Origin: Octopus bimaculoides
Lineage: Eukaryota
Assembly (NCBI RefSeq): GCF_001194135.2
Contig: NC_068993.1
Span: forward strand, 21,190,984 to 21,224,249
DNA: 33,266 bases
Direction of reading: 5' to 3'
Positions 11,820 to 22,483 of the stretch are shown here, piece after piece. The notes under the pieces are model-generated. The model had not been told where the DNA came from and searched no databases. It saw nothing but the letters and a program-made list of their open reading frames with translations. Numbering within the stretch: position 1 is the stretch's first letter; every line of letters starts with the position of its first letter. The position numbers were made by a program, and so were the translations under genes.

Positions 11820-11851
<32 letters not shown>
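11624..11851 (-). mobile_element. 3' half of a tRNA-derived SINE that carries an internal microsatellite
   Basis: TTTACTTGTTTCGGTCATTGCACTGCGGTCATGCT...AAACCTGGTACTTA...GTTGTCAAG followed by CA/AT repeats. Same family as 24574-24888 and 31612-31870. The head is not visible, possibly lost in the gap. Confidence 0.7.
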
Positions 11852-12064
11852 NNNNNNNNNNNNNNNNNNNNNNNNNNNNNNNNNNNNNNNNNNNNNNNNN
11901 NNNNNNNNNNNNNNNNNNNNNNNNNNNNNNNNNNNNNNNNNNNNNNNNNNNNNNNNNNNNNNNNNNNNNNNNNNNNNNNNNNNNNNNNNNNNNNNNNNNN
12001 NNNNNNNNNNNNNNNNNNNNNNNNNNNNNNNNNNNNNNNNNNNNNNNNNNNNNNNNNNNNNNNN

Positions 12065-12117
<53 letters not shown>

Positions 12118-12120
12118 TAG
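12065..12120. repeat. (AG)n microsatellite
   Basis: Read directly. Confidence 0.95.
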
Positions 12121-12559
12121 AGAGGTACATATACGTATCTAGGATCTAGGTAGTGAATTATATGTCTGAAGCTGGTTCTTGTTGGCTCAGCGTGATCTTC
12201 TTTCAAAGAAAACATGTTTCCTTTTTATTCATTTACTGCTTAGATACTTATATGCTCCAGTTTGCTTCCGGTCTTCCTGTAACGCCTCCCACCTGCTTCC
12301 TAACCACTATCAGATCTACCAAAGAGCTCGCGTGAGTAGCCGTTTGCCTCAAGGTTTTCTCCTTAGGCAAAAGCCCCAAAATAAAAACAAAAGAACCCTG
12401 GTGATAAGCAGCAGTAATTCCCATGCTGCCCTTCTGTATATTTAAGCCTCTCAGCTTCTACAACTGAATTACTGTTAAAGCCTGTTATGTTCTCTCTCTG
12501 TGTACCTCTCTCCCAGAACGCCTTTTCTGTCTCTCTCCCTCTCTCTGTATTTATTTTCT

Positions 12560-15035
12560 TTTTTTGCCAATCACCAAATCACAGGTGCCAGGTGTCGGGC
12601 TGTCGGCGACTAAACCGATAACCACAGAGCTTGCTTTGCGAGAAGGATACTTTCCTTGCTATTTGGTCACCCTACTAGATGAAATACAAGTCCTGTCAAA
12701 CGGCAGATGAACTCTGAAGAGTCAAAAGCCACCCAAATAAGAAGCTCTCGTTATTAGCTGTGCTGCCTATTAAGCCCTTACCTGCTTAAGACAGCAGCGA
12801 TAATAAAAACACCGCTGCCTTGCAGCAATACCCGCTTAAGGGAAAGGCTCCGAGAGGAGACCCCGAGGATAAATCCGGAGCGGTAGTCCCCACGGCAGTC
12901 TGATGCTCTAAACAACCTCATTTTGTCAACTCTTTCGGTCCCACTGGTACCAAGTCGTATTGGCCTTCGCCCTTCCTTTGGATAACACTAATGGAGAGGG
13001 GAGACGTGCTGTATGGGCAACTGCCGATCTCCCATGAAAAGACTGTCCAGGCCTGCGCTCTGGAGCGGATCCTCCATCACCGTCTAACCGCAACTGTAAA
13101 GCATGGAGAGCAGCAGTCTACCGGTTTTAAGCCTGTACATAATTGGCGTAAGAGCAAAGCGGCAGGGACTGCTTTTGACGGTTGGATAGGTCATTGTGGG
13201 CAAATGAGAGCAGCTAGAGAGATGGGTGGAGCATTATTCCGAACTATACGTCAAAGAAAACAACATCTCGGACCGCGCGCTAGACACCTACCCGTCATGG
13301 AAGGGCTGGACACACTGCCAACTGCTGAAGAACTGAGTAGAGCCATTAATGGCTAACCCACTGGAAAAGCATCGGGTTTGGACGGCATCTCATCAGAGAT
13401 CATCAGACGTGCAAGAGGAACTCTACTCAGTCACTTGTTGAAGCTACTGTATCAGTGCTGGGTGGAGGGAATAGTCCCGAAAGACATAAGAGGCTGCAAC
13501 ATTGTCAACCTATATAAGAACAAAGGAGACAATAGCGACTGCAATAATTACTGAGACATCTTGTTTTTAAGCATCGTTGGCAAGGTCTTTACCTGCGTGG
13601 CCCTAAACAGACTACAGAAAATCGTTATGAAGGTATACTCCGATCACAACGCTCCACCATCGACATGATCTTCTGTGTTCGACAGCAATAGAAGTGCAGA
13701 GAAAAAAAGCAACCACTCTTTATCACCTTCATCGATCTCACAAAAGCTTTTGACCTAGTCAGAAGAGACGGCCAGTTCAAAATCCTTACCAAGGCTGGCT
13801 GTCCTCCAAGACTCCTCAGAATTTTTCAATCATTTCATGTGGATATGAAAGGTGTCGTTCAATTTGATGGCTCTTCTTCGGAAGCATTCAACATAAGAAG
13901 CGGCGTGAAGTGTGCTTGCCCTCACCCTGTTTGGCATCTTCTTTGTAGTCATGCTGAAACATGTGTTTGGGCCATCAACTGATGGTGTTTGCTTTCACAC
14001 CAGATCAGACGGTAAACTGTTTAGTCTGTCGAGGCTAAATGCAAAATCGAGAGTGCGCCAGGTACTCGTCAGAGAAATGCTGTTCGCGGACGACGCAGCA
14101 CTGATAGAACATTCTGAAGAGCAAATGCAGTACCTCGTGGGCAAACTCTTAAAGGCCTGTCAGGAATTCAGTTTGACTATCAGTTTGAAGAAAACTAAAG
14201 TACTGGGCCAAGTTGCCAAGAACAACTCCCTCCCCAACATCATCATCAACAACTACAAGCTGGAGGTGGCCCATGAATTCACCTACCTCGGCTCTGCCAT
14301 CGCTGATTACATCTCCATGGACCATGAGATCAACAGACGAATTGGACAAGCAACCTCTACATTTGTCAGGCTTACAAAGAGAATGTGGGAAAACAGAAAA
14401 CTGGTTACAATCACTAAGATTGCTGTCTATAAGGCCTAAGTCCTTAGTGCGCTGCTTTACGGCAGTGAGACACGGAGCCTCTACTCCAGAAAGGAGTGGC
14501 ATCTCAAGTCTTCCATCATTGTAATTTGAGACGCGTCTTGGATATCAAATGGACCGACCACTTCACCAATACCGAAGTCCTAAACCGTGCCAAGATACCC
14601 ATATACTCATCATACATCAACAGCGTCGTCTGCGCTGGCTCGGTCATGTACATCGCATACCAGACGGAAGGATACAAAAAGACCTCTTATATGGGGAATT
14701 GGCCGGCGGTACCAGAGCACGAGGACGAGCTCATCTTCATTTCAAGGATGTCTGCACGGCAGATATGAAGCTGCTTAATCTGGACGCCATGAGATAGGAG
14801 GAGGTCACGAATCATTGCCCAAATTGGAGACAAATACTGCGAAAGGGGATGAAGCAATGGGAAGAAAACCAAGAACTTGTCATTAAAGAAAGCGCACACG
14901 ACAGAATGAAAAGCCAGTAGCGCCGACAGCATGACTGGTACTTACGTGTGGGTCTCCACAAGCACAACAGACCCTGCACCACAGTCAATAGCTGACACGG
15001 TTTCTTCGAGTCCAGATCCATGGCCTCCCGAGACT

Positions 15036-15038
<3 letters not shown>
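12560..15038 (+). mobile_element. RTE-clade LINE, pseudogenised, with 5' region, RT and 3' end but apparently no APE endonuclease
   Basis: Motifs: EQLERWVEHYSELY (13208 onward), GKASGLDGI, NIVNLYKNKGDNSDCNNY, FIDLTKAFDLV, HTRSDGKLFSLSRLNAKSRVRQVLVREMLFADDAAL, FTYLGS, LLYGSETRS, QRRLRWLGHVHRIPDGRIQKDLLYGEL, C-terminal [11 protein letters not shown]. It ends in ATGGCCTCCCGAGACTGAC then (AT)n. Many stops and frameshifts. The 5' boundary is approximate. Confidence 0.9.
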
Positions 15039-15109
<71 letters not shown>

Positions 15110-15208
15110 TATATACATATATACATATATAAACACACACACACATATATATGTATATATATATATAATAAGGGGTAAAATTAATTAATTAATTAATTAA
15201 TTAATTAA
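15039..15208. repeat. (AT)n tail of the RTE element, then a self-complementary (AATT)n run at 15179-15208
   Basis: Read directly. Confidence 0.9.
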
Positions 15209-16047
15209 AAATTAATAATTTTACCAAGTAGTCCGGTATGTTAAAATAACATTTATCGGTAACCTTATACAAACATTTTATTATTATAAGCATAATTATA
15301 ATTAAGGTTCAGCAAATTGCTTCACCACATACNNNNNNNNNNNNNNNNNNNNNNNNNNNNNNNNNNNNNNNNNNNNNNNNNNNNNNNNNNNNNNNNNNNN
15401 NNNNNNNNNNNNNNNNNNNNNNNNNNNNNNNNNNNNNNNNNNNNNNNNNNNNNNNNNNNNNNNNNNNNNNNNNNNNNNNNNNNNNNNNNNNNNNNNNNNN
15501 NNNNNNNNNNNNNNNNNNNNNNNNNNNNNNNNNNNNNNNNNNNNNNNNNNNNNNNNNNNNNNNNNNNNNNNNNNNNNNNNNNNNNNNNNNNNNNNNNNNN
15601 NNNNNNNNNNNNNNNNNNNNNNNNNNNNNNNNNNNNNNNNNNNNNNNNNNNNNNNNNNNNNNNNNNNNNNNNNNNNNNNNNNNNNNNNNNNNNNNNNNNN
15701 NNNNNNNNNNNNNNNNNNNNNNNNNNNNNNNNNNNNNNNNNNNNNNNNNNNNNNNNNNNNNNNNNNNNNNNNNNNNNNNNNNNNNNNNNNNNNNNNNNNN
15801 NNNNNNNNNNNNNNNNNNNNNNNNNNNNNNNNNNNNNNNNNNNNNNNNNNNNNNNNNNNNNNNNNNNNNNNNNNNNNNNNNNNNNNNNNNNNNNNNNNNN
15901 NNNNNNNNNNNNNNNNNNNNNNNNNNNNNNNNNNNNNNNNNNNNNNNNNNNNNNNNNNNNNNNNNNNNNNNNNNNNNNNNNNNNNNNNNNNNNNNNNNNN
16001 NNNNNNNNNNNNNNNNNNNNNNNNNNNNNNNNNNNNNNNNNNNNNNN

Positions 16048-16085
<38 letters not shown>

Positions 16086-17138
16086 TTTCATACTTTAGAG
16101 CTAATTGAAGTTTGTATATCGAATTAAAGTGGGATGTGATACTTTAAGAAGACAAAGTGCAGACAACTTCAGGTAGGATGCACAAGCTGTTTGTGATCGT
16201 TAACAGTAAATAAATATATATGAGTAATTTAGAGAAAATGAATGTGCGGTCGCCCTTTTGCGTAGCCTGTGATAGTGATTGGCTTAGTGTTTTCAGTGTT
16301 TGGAAACTGGCCAAGCTGGGGTCCATCGTGAAATAATTATAATCGATTATCTAAGTATCAGTACTTCTTGTGTAGTAGTTATTTCTTCTAATTAAGATAA
16401 CTGAAATGACCATGTAAATCTGATTTCTCTACATAGTTCTCACATATTTAAACTATACTTACTGCAACAGATGAGAAGACAAATAATTTTAATGAAATAA
16501 ATTTCTGAATTTTTGTTGACTTTTTATCCACAAATCAGGCTTGACTATGCAGATCTATGATCAAAATCTTTCAAATTTTGACCATCTATTCTGTGTTTTT
16601 CTAATAAGAAATAAAATGTAATTTGAGGCAAATTTGTTGACTATTTCTAACACGCCAATCCACTACCGACCATTTGGACATATTCACTTGTAATTCAATA
16701 AGCATGTTGATAGATGTTTATGGAATGAATGTCTTCTCATGTCTTCTCATGTTGATATCATTCCATCGAAATATCATTCAACGTTTTTGATGAAATATGT
16801 TTTTATAGAAATGTTTCTGACGAGAATTTCAAAACACAATGTTTATAACATTTTTTTCTTTAACATCTCCGTGCTACAAATACAGTTTGTAACATACTGG
16901 TTCTGTAGAAAGGATTTTATAGCTATTGTAATAATTTGTATCAGTATAGTTGTTGTTATCATTTTACATATTTATTCCTGACTTCATTCATTTCCCCTTT
17001 TCTACTTGTCTTCGTCTTATTATTGATATTTTTCGTATAATCATTTTTGTATTGATTCTGAATTTGTTTAGCAAGAATTTCGTAGTTTTTTTCATGCTAT
17101 CGTTGTTTTTTCAGTGTAGGATAGCAACACAGTCAAAT

Positions 17139-17169
17139 ACACGCACACACAAGCACTCACACACACACA

Positions 17170-17268
<99 letters not shown>

Positions 17269-17466
17269 GCGCGCGCACATACACTTGTCTGTATGTATAT
17301 ATATATATTTGTATATATGCACACACAAATATGTACACACACACACATATATATATATATATATGCTTACACACAAAAGCTATATGTGCATATGTTAGTA
17401 TATATATATATTTTTATATGTATATGCATGTATATATATATGTGTGTATGTATATATATATATTTG

Positions 17467-17499
<33 letters not shown>

Positions 17500-17548
17500 A
17501 TATATATATCTATCTATATATATATATATATACATATATGTACATACG

Positions 17549-17616
<68 letters not shown>
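17139..17616. repeat. Compound (CA)n/(AT)n/(CT)n/(AT)n microsatellite block
   Basis: Read directly. Confidence 0.95.
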
Positions 17617-18550
17617 NNNNNNNNNNNNNNNNNNNNNNNNNNNNNNNNNNNNNNNNNNNNNNNNNNNNNNNNNNNNNNNNNNNNNNNNNNNNNNNNNNNN
17701 NNNNNNNNNNNNNNNNNNNNNNNNNNNNNNNNNNNNNNNNNNNNNNNNNNNNNNNNNNNNNNNNNNNNNNNNNNNNNNNNNNNNNNNNNNNNNNNNNNNN
17801 NNNNNNNNNNNNNNNNNNNNNNNNNNNNNNNNNNNNNNNNNNNNNNNNNNNNNNNNNNNNNNNNNNNNNNNNNNNNNNNNNNNNNNNNNNNNNNNNNNNN
17901 NNNNNNNNNNNNNNNNNNNNNNNNNNNNNNNNNNNNNNNNNNNNNNNNNNNNNNNNNNNNNNNNNNNNNNNNNNNNNNNNNNNNNNNNNNNNNNNNNNNN
18001 NNNNNNNNNNNNNNNNNNNNNNNNNNNNNNNNNNNNNNNNNNNNNNNNNNNNNNNNNNNNNNNNNNNNNNNNNNNNNNNNNNNNNNNNNNNNNNNNNNNN
18101 NNNNNNNNNNNNNNNNNNNNNNNNNNNNNNNNNNNNNNNNNNNNNNNNNNNNNNNNNNNNNNNNNNNNNNNNNNNNNNNNNNNNNNNNNNNNNNNNNNNN
18201 NNNNNNNNNNNNNNNNNNNNNNNNNNNNNNNNNNNNNNNNNNNNNNNNNNNNNNNNNNNTATATATATATATATATATATATATATGCATATATATACAC
18301 ACATATATGTACATGCCTACATATACATGTATATATAAATGCATATATGGGTACAGGACGTAAAAAAAAAACGTGAACAAAATGAGAAACGAGGACACAA
18401 AAACAAATAATTTTTTCGAACAACGAAAGAAAGAGAGAAACGAGGCAGGCAACATAAAGAACATTCCCTTCATCAGTTGTCCCCTGTTTTATCTATTCAT
18501 ACGAACACTCGTACAAATACATGTATATGAATACATGCATATATATGTGC

Positions 18551-18583
<33 letters not shown>

Positions 18584-18951
18584 ATTCATGTACATGCTCA
18601 CATATATGCTAATGCTCACGTATGTTGAACTACGACTATGTTCTAATGTAATCTTTTCGTTCGTTTGGAACAATGAAAATTGCAAATGTATCTTTATCAA
18701 CGTCTCGCTTACTCATCTTAAATATATGGAGTGTTTTTCTGTATTCACAATATACAGCTTATGCTTATACACACTTTCCCTCAAAGATTTGACCGTGAGA
18801 GCGTAGACAGATTTGTATTTATAATCTGTGTATATTGTATGTTAATTGTTGCGTTGCGATAACAGTATTGCTTTCTATAATCAATTGTTTCTGTCTGGGA
18901 GGAGTTCCTTAAACTATGGACATTTTTCTAGTTAATAGTTCTATCTAGCTT

Positions 18952-19165
18952 AAGGCGGCGAATTGGCAGAATCGTTAGCACGCCGAGCAAGATGCTTAGC
19001 TGGATTTCGTCTCTCTTTATGCTCTGAGTTTAAATTCCGCCGAGGTCGACTTTGCCTTTCACCATTTTGGGTTCGAACAATTAAGAACCAGTTGCGTACT
19101 GGGGTCTATCTGATCGACTGGCCCTCTCACCCAAAATTTCGAGCCTTGTGCTTAGAGTAGAAAAG
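18952..19165 (+). mobile_element. tRNA-derived SINE (MetaSINE-like core), copy 1 of a stack
   Basis: Head AAGGCGGCGAATTGGCAGAATCGTTAG, B-box-like GAGTTTAAATTCC, core GCCTTTCACCATTTTGGG, tail GCCTTGTGCTTAGAGTAGAAAAG. Confidence 0.9.
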
Positions 19166-19183
19166 AATATTTCTATCTAGCTT

Positions 19184-19391
19184 AAGGCGGTGAGTTAGCA
19201 GAATCGTTAGCATGCTGGGCAAAATGCTTAGCGGTATTTCGTCTCTCTTTACGTTCTAAGTTCAAGTTTCACCAAGGTTGTCTTTGCCTTTCATCCTTTT
19301 CGGGGTCTATAACATAAGTACTAGTCGAGCGCTTGGTTCAATGCAATCGACTTAACCCCAAATAGCTGGCATTGTGCCAAAATTTGAACTC
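19184..19391 (+). mobile_element. tRNA-derived SINE (MetaSINE-like core), copy 2 of a stack
   Basis: Head AAGGCGGTGAGTTAGCAGAATCGTTAG, core GCCTTTCATCCTTTTCGGGGTC, tail GGCATTGTGCCAAAATTTGAA (a different tail type from copy 1). Confidence 0.9.
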
Positions 19392-19409
19392 AATATTTCT
19401 CTCTAGCTT

Positions 19410-19618
19410 AGGGCAGCGAGCTGGCTGAATCGTTATCACGTCGGACAGCATGACTAGTGGCATTTCGTCTGTCTTTAAGCTCTGGGTTCAAATTCCACAG
19501 GGGTCAACTTTGCTTTCGTCCTTTCGGTATTCGATAAAATAAGTATTAGTTGAGGACTGAGGTCGACGTAATCGACTTACCCCATCCATCGAAAATGGCG
19601 GCCTTGTATCAAAATTTG
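19410..19618 (+). mobile_element. tRNA-derived SINE (MetaSINE-like core), copy 3 of a stack
   Basis: Head AGGGCAGCGAGCTGGCTGAATCGTTA, B-box-like GGGTTCAAATTCC, core CCTTTCGGTATTCGATAAAATAAGTA, tail GGCCTTGTATCAAAATTTG. Confidence 0.88.
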
Positions 19619-19689
19619 TCTGTTTGTTCTGATATTCCACTTAAGTCACCAGTGTCAATACTTGCTTTGTTTACAGCATTTTCTATACA

Positions 19690-19960
19690 AATATTTATTT
19701 TTAATGTTATTTTAATCACTATTAATACTCTATTAATAATATTATTTTAATGAGTATTTATATTTCAATAATTCAATTAATGTTACTATTGTAATCACTG
19801 TTAATACTGTTGGCATTTATGTTAGTATTTAAATAGCAATTGTTATTGATAATTCTTTTATTGTTTTGGCTATTAATAGCGATGCTATTAACGTCATCCA
19901 CTATTAACACTAAGAATACCACCACAACTACCACAATTTACACCATCACTATCATTAAGA
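19690..19960. repeat. Old degenerate ATT/ACT/ACC trinucleotide low-complexity tract
   Basis: Visible 3-nt periodicity with many substitutions. Confidence 0.55.
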
Positions 19961-20227
19961 GATTTATTTTCAGAATATGATTAATCTTTCTTATCTGTAT
20001 TAAATAGATAATCAGTATCTGCTAGCAACCATCGAAGACGTTACTACCATTATCCGTATCAATTTTACTATAAGGGCATCATAGATGATATCAGTATTTA
20101 GAGACAAATGTCGTCAATAAAATCCAGGTGGAAACCGTTCCTGATAAATTTGCAAACACAAGTACAGATAATATCCTTGTATCTTTCTTGTAAACATGTA
20201 AGCTCTAAATATATATTTTCAACTTCA

Positions 20228-20229
<2 letters not shown>

Positions 20230-20322
<93 letters not shown>

Positions 20323-20357
20323 ATATATCTCCACACACACACACACGCACACACATA
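20230..20357. repeat. (CT)n, (ATCT)n and (CA)n microsatellites
   Basis: Read directly. Confidence 0.95.
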
Positions 20358-21151
20358 CAGAAGGAAGTAGAGAGTGTTATGAGCAGCTAGTTGATATTAC
20401 TGAATATTTATTTGTTATAACTTTCTTAGCAGTTGGAGCTGATTTTCTAATTAGATTTACGTTACATTTGATACTGATCTGTTATTGAAATCAATATAGC
20501 GTCAATCTTCAAATAAATATATAAACTTCAACTCGCATGTCTTATATTGAATTCTGTACTTGAATGTAGTACACTATGATTAGAGCAATATCAACGAAGA
20601 TAACATTAAGAACATACAAATAAATACAGGCATACATATAAGCAAAAACTATCGTTCCTCTCGTAAAAGACGCGCTGCTTATCTGCAACTGGAATGCTCC
20701 TCTCCGAAACGATACTAAGTCAATATTTTATAGAAGACAATCCCTTGCCCATTTTCTTTTGCAAGTCTTCCTTCACTGCACTCCTTGTGTATAAGAATTA
20801 GTAAACAAACCATTGGCTGATGCAGTGTGTGCTGTGAATACATATTGTCTAAAGAGGGCAGGTGCTCTCCGATGATTGAAAACAACATGAAACATATATA
20901 TAAAAAAAGATAATAATGAAAATAGCAAATAGAAATAAAAACTCTTCGAGCAAAAGCAAAGATAATGTAACAATTATTTTGGGTTATGCAAACTATATTT
21001 GTTTTAAGTTCAAGATGACGCCCATTATGTTTGTGAAGTATTCTGCAGTAGGTTTTGTGCTGGGAATAGATGTAGCGCATTTGATGCACTGATTTTAATG
21101 CCTACATTTTAAGAGAATCTCAGGCTTTTATTTCTTAGAATAAATAAGAAT

Positions 21152-21210
21152 AATAGGAGTTTTAACTCCTATTTGTAGCGGTAGGTAACTCGTGCGATCT
21201 TTTGATAAAT
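21152..21210 (-). pseudogene. Short third copy of the repeated coding-like unit
   Basis: GGAGTTTTAACTCCTATTTGTAGCGGTAGGTAACTCGTGCGATCTTTTGATAA aligns to 21594-21647 and 22428-22481. Confidence 0.5.
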
Positions 21211-21341
21211 ATAAATTTTAATTCTATAGCTATCTAACGCTATTTAATGCCTGCAACCACCTATATTATTGTTGTTATTATTATCAATTATTTATGTTTG
21301 CCGCAGAAGTTAATAACAATAATAATATCTATATAAATATT

Positions 21342-21650
21342 CACATTTGAATATTTACTCTTTATTTATATATATACACTGAAGCTGTTCTGATTTTGGT
21401 GCAAAACAATTCGCAATGCCAGCAGATGAGGAGAATTGAGGATTTTTCGCCAGAACTCGAAATCATGATACAAGAGTATCCAGATTCCAGAACATATAGC
21501 ATTTAGCTGTGAGGGTGTATCTAAATTCTTTACCTGTTCGCCCGGATAGTATTATTTTTTACTGTATTTTTCAGTATCATTGGTGGTTTACCTGGAGTAT
21601 TAACTCCTATTTCTAACAGGTAGTCGCCTCGTGTACCCTTTTGATAACTA
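21342..21650 (-). pseudogene. Disabled copy of an unidentified protein-coding segment (1-nt frameshift near 21487, ~44-nt deletion near 21425)
   Basis: Direct repeat of 22125-22483. The minus frame reads RYTLTAKCYMF/GIWILLYHDFEFWRKILNSPH//HCELFCTKIRTAS. Confidence 0.55.
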
Positions 21651-21661
21651 TATATATATAC

Positions 21662-21698
<37 letters not shown>

Positions 21699-21956
21699 NN
21701 NNNNNNNNNNNNNNNNNNNNNNNNNNNNNNNNNATATATATTATTTTATTTAAAAGAGTTCCAACTCTGTCTGTTTTTTATGTTTTTTATTTAGATTCTT
21801 GTAAAATTTATGTGGGATATAAAACATGGAATATATAATATATAATATAAAAAACGATAGATGGTATAATGAAATGAAGTATTGAATGTCTTATTGAATA
21901 TATGGAATATGTCTTATTGAATATATGAAATATTGAGTTTTCAATATAAAGGATTA

Positions 21957-22085
21957 ATTAATCTTGACAATGATGAAACCCAACTTCTGTTAAAAGGCCT
22001 GAAATTTACACCTACACCAACAGTCACCAACCATGAACTAAAGGAAGATATCCAGAAATTCTGTCGCAAATTACGACACCAATAA
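21957..22085 (+). mobile_element. Penelope-like element fragment (N-terminal region)
   Basis: INLDNDETQLLLKGLKFTPTPTVTNHELKEDIQKFCRKLR matches the PLE N-terminal motif L..E..LL.KGLKF.PTP....L..DI..F.RKLR. Confidence 0.7.
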
Positions 22086-22124
22086 CATTGAAAAATACAG
22101 CAGGAAACAACAGTATTCAGACGA

Positions 22125-22483
22125 TACATTTGAATATTCACTCCTTATTTATATATTTACACTGAAGCTGTTCTGATGTTAGCGCAAAACAATTCAGAAC
22201 GCCGACTGACTTCAACGTGACGAATTTGAATTTTCTTATTTGGTAAATCTTGGTGAGGAGAGTTGAGGATTTTTCGCCAGAACTCAAAATCTTGTTAGAA
22301 GAATATCCAAATGCAGAACATATGGAATTTAGCTGCAATGGTATATCTAAATTATTTATCCTTTCACCCGATTACTGTTGTTTTCTACTGTATTTTTCAA
22401 TGTCATTGTGTTATTGGTGGTTTACCCGAGGTTTTAACTCTTATTTCTAGCAGGTAGGCGCCTCCTGTGTCCTTTTGATAACT
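22125..22483 (-). pseudogene. Disabled copy of an unidentified protein-coding segment (in-frame TAA at 22295-22297)
   Basis: Minus frame 22348-22163 reads RYTIAAKFHMFCIWIFF*QDFEFWRKILNSPHQDLPNKKIQIRHVEVSRRSELFCANIRTAS. Differences from the 21342 copy cluster at third codon positions of this frame. Confidence 0.55.

Noticed and set aside
12560-12900. Possible HDV-like ribozyme in the RTE 5' region; also CTGAAGA at about 12714
   Set aside because: Only local hairpins were found (GGTGTCGG/CCGATACC, GCTCCG/CGGAGC). I could not build the nested double pseudoknot or a hammerhead by eye. A descriptor or covariance search would settle it.
15170-15332. AT-rich segment with (AATT)n next to a gap, possibly the end of another repeat element
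   Set aside because: It is cut off by a 715-bp gap and has no diagnostic motif.
18934-19618. Repeat-spacer pattern reminiscent of CRISPR
   Set aside because: The intervening sequences are ~210-bp homologous SINEs, the context is eukaryotic and there are no cas genes.
20866-20895. CCGATGA-TTG-AAAA-CAA-CAT-GAAAC, hammerhead-like; similar CCGATGA...GAAA at about 30413-30445
   Set aside because: The core is non-canonical, stem II does not close next to GAAA, and there is no usable stem I or cleavage triplet.
22250-22450. Track ORFs 22250..22450(+) and 22138..22338(-) as the real coding frame of the repeated unit
   Set aside because: Differences between copies fall mainly at first or second codon positions in those frames. 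A different minus frame shows the third-position bias.
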